Assembly: GCA_965213625.1 (NCBI GenBank)
Contig: CBDBZU010000004.1
Span: forward strand, 1,920,001 to 1,984,000
Direction of reading: 5' to 3'
From: a bacterium
Lineage (GTDB): Bacteria > UBA8248
DNA: 64,000 nt
The translations under genes and the position numbers were made by a program. Every line of letters starts with the position of its first letter. Within the stretch, counting starts at the first letter, position 1. Of the stretch, positions 61,245 to 64,000 are shown one piece after another. The notes below the pieces were generated by a model. The model had not been told where the DNA came from. It saw only the letters and a program-made list of their open reading frames with translations, and did no database searches.

Positions 61245-61640
61245 CGTAGGGACAGGCCTCTGTGCCTGTCCGGGGTCCCTAAGCATTACCCCCCCCTACC
61301 CCCCCTTGTCAGGGGTCAAACGCGAGTGAGGAACGAGCGTTTGCAGATTTTCCCAACGAACGAGAGAAGCAATTCATTCCCCCCTTGCGTGTTAAAATCG
61401 ACCGAGTAGAGAAGCGATTCACTCCCCCCTTGAGGGTTCTTGCAAATCAAGCAGATGTGGTTGACTCCCCCCTTTGAGGGGGAGTCAACGCGGCAAGGAC
61501 AATGTCCGCAGTCGCGTTGGTGGGGGGTAGAATGCGTTTTATCGCCACTCCGAGTTATACCCCCCACCGAATCGCTTGCGGGCTTGCGCCCTTAGCTCCT
61601 CGACTCCCCCTCAAGGGGGGAGTGAATTTCAAACCCTCCA
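61245..61640. repeat. Composite palindromic repeat cluster (CTCCCCCTTGAGGGGGAG family)
   Basis: Homologous to 62130-62450, including GGTGGGGGGTAGAATGCGTTTTATCGCCACTCCGAGTT. Confidence 0.7.
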
Positions 61641-61677
61641 AAACCCGCAAACCCTCGCTCCTCGCTCGGGTTTGACC

Positions 61678-62067
61678 TCACTCCCCATCCCCCGGAATCG
61701 TCCCCGGCCGCGTCACGATAAAGCACACCACGCACGCGCAAATCGCCGCCAGCAGGACCTTCGCGTATACCGGCGCGCTCATGAGATAAATCGAAGGCCC
61801 CGCGAGGACCGCGATGAACGAGACGGAAATCCACTTCGCCCGGGGGCGGATGACGCCGTGGCGCTGCCAGTTCGTGATGAGCGGCCCGTAGAGCCTGTGG
61901 CCGAGCAGCCACCCGTGGAGGCGTTCCGAGCTTTTGGAGAAGGCGAACGCCGCCACGAGGATGAACGGCGTCGTCGGCAGCACGGGCAGCAGCAGGCCGA
62001 TGAAGCCCAGGCCCAGGCAGACGCAGCCCAGCGCCAGGTAGAATGAACGCGATATCTTTGCCCACAT
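61678..62067 (-). CDS. ybaN: YbaN (DUF454) inner-membrane protein
   Basis: GLLLPVLPTTPFILVAAFAFSKSSERLHGWL. Confidence 0.88.
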   Translation of the reverse strand: MWAKISRSFYLALGCVCLGLGFIGLLLPVLPTTPFILVAAFAFSKSSERLHGWLLGHRLYGPLITNWQRHGVIRPRAKWISVSFIAVLAGPSIYLMSAPVYAKVLLAAICACVVCFIVTRPGTIPGDGE

Positions 62068-62129
62068 GAACGTCGTTCCCTTATGGGGTCAAACCCGACC
62101 GATGCGGGAGGGATTGTGATTCCTCCCCC

Positions 62130-62450
62130 TCGCATGAACCCCCCTTATCAGGGGTCAATTCCGACCGGGGAGGGAGGAATTGCAAGCCGATGTGTTCCCC
62201 GCCAATGGCTTTTGCAAACGCTCGTTCCTCACTCGCGTTTGCAGATTATTCCAACGAACGAGAGAGGAATTTCACTCCCCCCTTGAGGGGGAGTCGAGGA
62301 AGCCGAACCGAAAGGTGAAGGCTGACTCGGTGGGGGGTAGAATGCGTTTTATCGCCACTCCGAGTTCTACCCCCCACCGGTTCGGTTTCGGGGGCAAACC
62401 CCCCTTACCTCACCGACTCCCCCTCAAGGGGGGAGTGATTTTCAAACCTT
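62130..62450. repeat. Composite palindromic repeat cluster (partner of 61245-61640)
   Basis: CACTCCCCCTTGAGGGGGAGTCG...CGACTCCCCCTCAAGGGGGGAGTG. Confidence 0.7.
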
Positions 62451-62602
62451 CTAAAATCGGCGCCCCCTCACTCCCCGGTGCGTGTCCCGCCGATTCTCCC
62501 CCGAAGCGGCGTTTTCCACAACGCGCTCGGGCGTAGGCTTCCGGGGGGCCGTTGTATTAGAATGCGCGCAAGCCACCCGCATACCTCTTATATGGAGCCG
62601 CC

Positions 62603-64000
62603 ATGTCCGTTCAGCAAAAAGTTGACGCCGATTCCCTGTGGAAAAACTTAGGAGAAATCTGCCGCTGGGAGCGCTACACCGGCACGGAGGGTGAGAACGA
62701 AGCCGTGCGCTACGTTGAGGCGGAGCTTGAGCGCCTCGGCATCGACGTGGAAGTCCACAAGTTCTGCTCGCTCATCAGCATACCGGGCGAGACGACGCTC
62801 CGGGTGCTCGGCGAAGGCGGGGAGACGATTCCCGCCATCACGGCCGTCTTCGGCGCATCCACGGGCGAGGCCGGCGTGCGCGGGCAGGCGGTCCACGTGG
62901 GAGAGGCCGGTCCGCCCGCGACGCCCTTCACAGATCCTCATTATCAGGGCGCACCGGAGGCGGCCCCCGTGGCGGGGCGCGTCGTCGTGGCCGAGGGGAT
63001 GCTGAGCCCCGGACGCTTTTATTATTTCGAGCGAAGGGGCGCCATCGCCCAGGTCTACGTCAACAAGGGGAACGCGCACGAGCTGACCGTCTCCACCATC
63101 TGGGGCGCGCCCACGCCCGAGAGCATCGGGCGGTTGCCGACAACGCCCGTCGTCACCCTCTCGCGCGAGCAGGGCGCTGCGCTGCTGGAGCGGCTAAAGC
63201 GCAGGGAGGAGGTCGAACTCCTCATCCATGCCGAGACGGACACCGCCTGGCGCGAGACCCTGATGCCCGTGGCAAGCATAATGCCTCCGAACGGGAGCGA
63301 TGAGTACGTCCTCGTCGGCGGGCACATCGACTCCTGGCACATCGGGGCGAACGACAACGCGGCGGGCGACGCCACGTTGATGGAACTCGCGCGGGTCGCG
63401 CATGAGACGCGGGGGGAACTCACGCGCGGCCTCAAGGTGGCCTGGTGGAACGGGCACTCGCACGGGCGCTTCTCGGGCTCCACCTGGTATGCGGATCACA
63501 AGTTTCACGAGCTGCGCCGGAACTGCGCCGCCTATCTCAACATCGACCAGCCCGGCTGCCGGGGCGCGACGCTCTACCGCCCCTTCTGCACGGCGGACAT
63601 ACGCGACTGGGTGCAGGGCGCCGTCTCGCGCATCGGCGGCCAGCGCACCGAGCCGGACCACCCTCGCAAGATGGCCGATCAGTCCCTCTGGGGCGTGGGC
63701 GTGCCCTCGTTCTCCTTCCTGCCCGTGCTCCCGCCCGGCCACCCGGAGCTTCGGAAGGATCACCCTGCGGACGGCTTTCCCGAGTACTGGCACCACCCCG
63801 CCGACACGCTCGACAAGATGGACAAGGCGCTCCTGGCCGAGCACACCCGCGTCTACGCGGGCGCGCTGCACGAGTTGTGTAGCCTGGAGTGCGTCCCCCT
63901 GAACCCCGCTGCGACGGCAGCCGTCGTGAACGAGGAGATAGACAGGCTCTCGGAATTGGGAGGCGAAGCCGTGGACCTGGGCGACCTGCGCGAGGCAGGC
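62603..64000 (+). CDS. M28-family metallopeptidase with a PA-like insert (runs off the window)
   Basis: MSVQQKVDADSLW...; VLVGGHIDSW, GANDNAAG, WNGHSHGRFSGSTWY, YLNIDQPG and YWHHPADTLDK motifs. Confidence 0.85.
   Translation, partial: MSVQQKVDADSLWKNLGEICRWERYTGTEGENEAVRYVEAELERLGIDVEVHKFCSLISIPGETTLRVLGEGGETIPAITAVFGASTGEAGVRGQAVHVGEAGPPATPFTDPHYQGAPEAAPVAGRVVVAEGMLSPGRFYYFERRGAIAQVYVNKGNAHELTVSTIWGAPTPESIGRLPTTPVVTLSREQGAALLERLKRREEVELLIHAETDTAWRETLMPVASIMPPNGSDEYVLVGGHIDSWHIGANDNAAGDATLMELARVAHETRGELTRGLKVAWWNGHSHGRFSGSTWYADHKFHELRRNCAAYLNIDQPGCRGATLYRPFCTADIRDWVQGAVSRIGGQRTEPDHPRKMADQSLWGVGVPSFSFLPVLPPGHPELRKDHPADGFPEYWHHPADTLDKMDKALLAEHTRVYAGALHELCSLECVPLNPAATAAVVNEEIDRLSELGGEAVDLGDLREAG

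Noticed and set aside
58300-62460. CRISPR array
   Set aside because: The repeats are palindromic, irregularly spaced and in mixed orientation (REP-like); no cas genes.

Overview
GC-rich bacterial window. About 1-57.6 kb is an accessory, decaying mobile island; about 58.3-64 kb looks like host chromosome (RAYT with REP clusters, UGSC-type protein, CMD-family protein, YbaN, M28 peptidase). The right part of the island (42-57.5 kb) is an integrative/mobilisable-element backbone: a MOBF (TrwC-type) relaxase, a truncated coupling-protein-like gene, an RHH accessory gene, an oriT candidate, leading-region genes (DUF2493, DUF4326, ssb, HU), HigBA and two tandem tyrosine integrases. The island holds many toxin-antitoxin/Abi modules, IS scars and gene fragments. 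Its most striking feature is five paralogous TbpB-like surface lipoprotein genes (<1-2048, 18947-20869, 22718-24769, 29313-31064, 39466-41220). They share a conserved leader (up to ~350 bp), RBS and signal peptide. The four complete genes also share a conserved trailer (up to ~600 bp) containing structured elements with covarying base pairs. Their mature domains are highly divergent and mosaic, and four of the genes form two inverted pairs. This suggests a fixed-frame, variable-cargo surface-protein cassette system. Also present: an orphan divergent copy of the trailer RNA-like element, an internally deleted mini group II intron, a tandem pair of unannotated structured elements behind a duplicated promoter, and an Frpo-like hairpin. 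All family assignments come from motif recognition by eye, not database searches.
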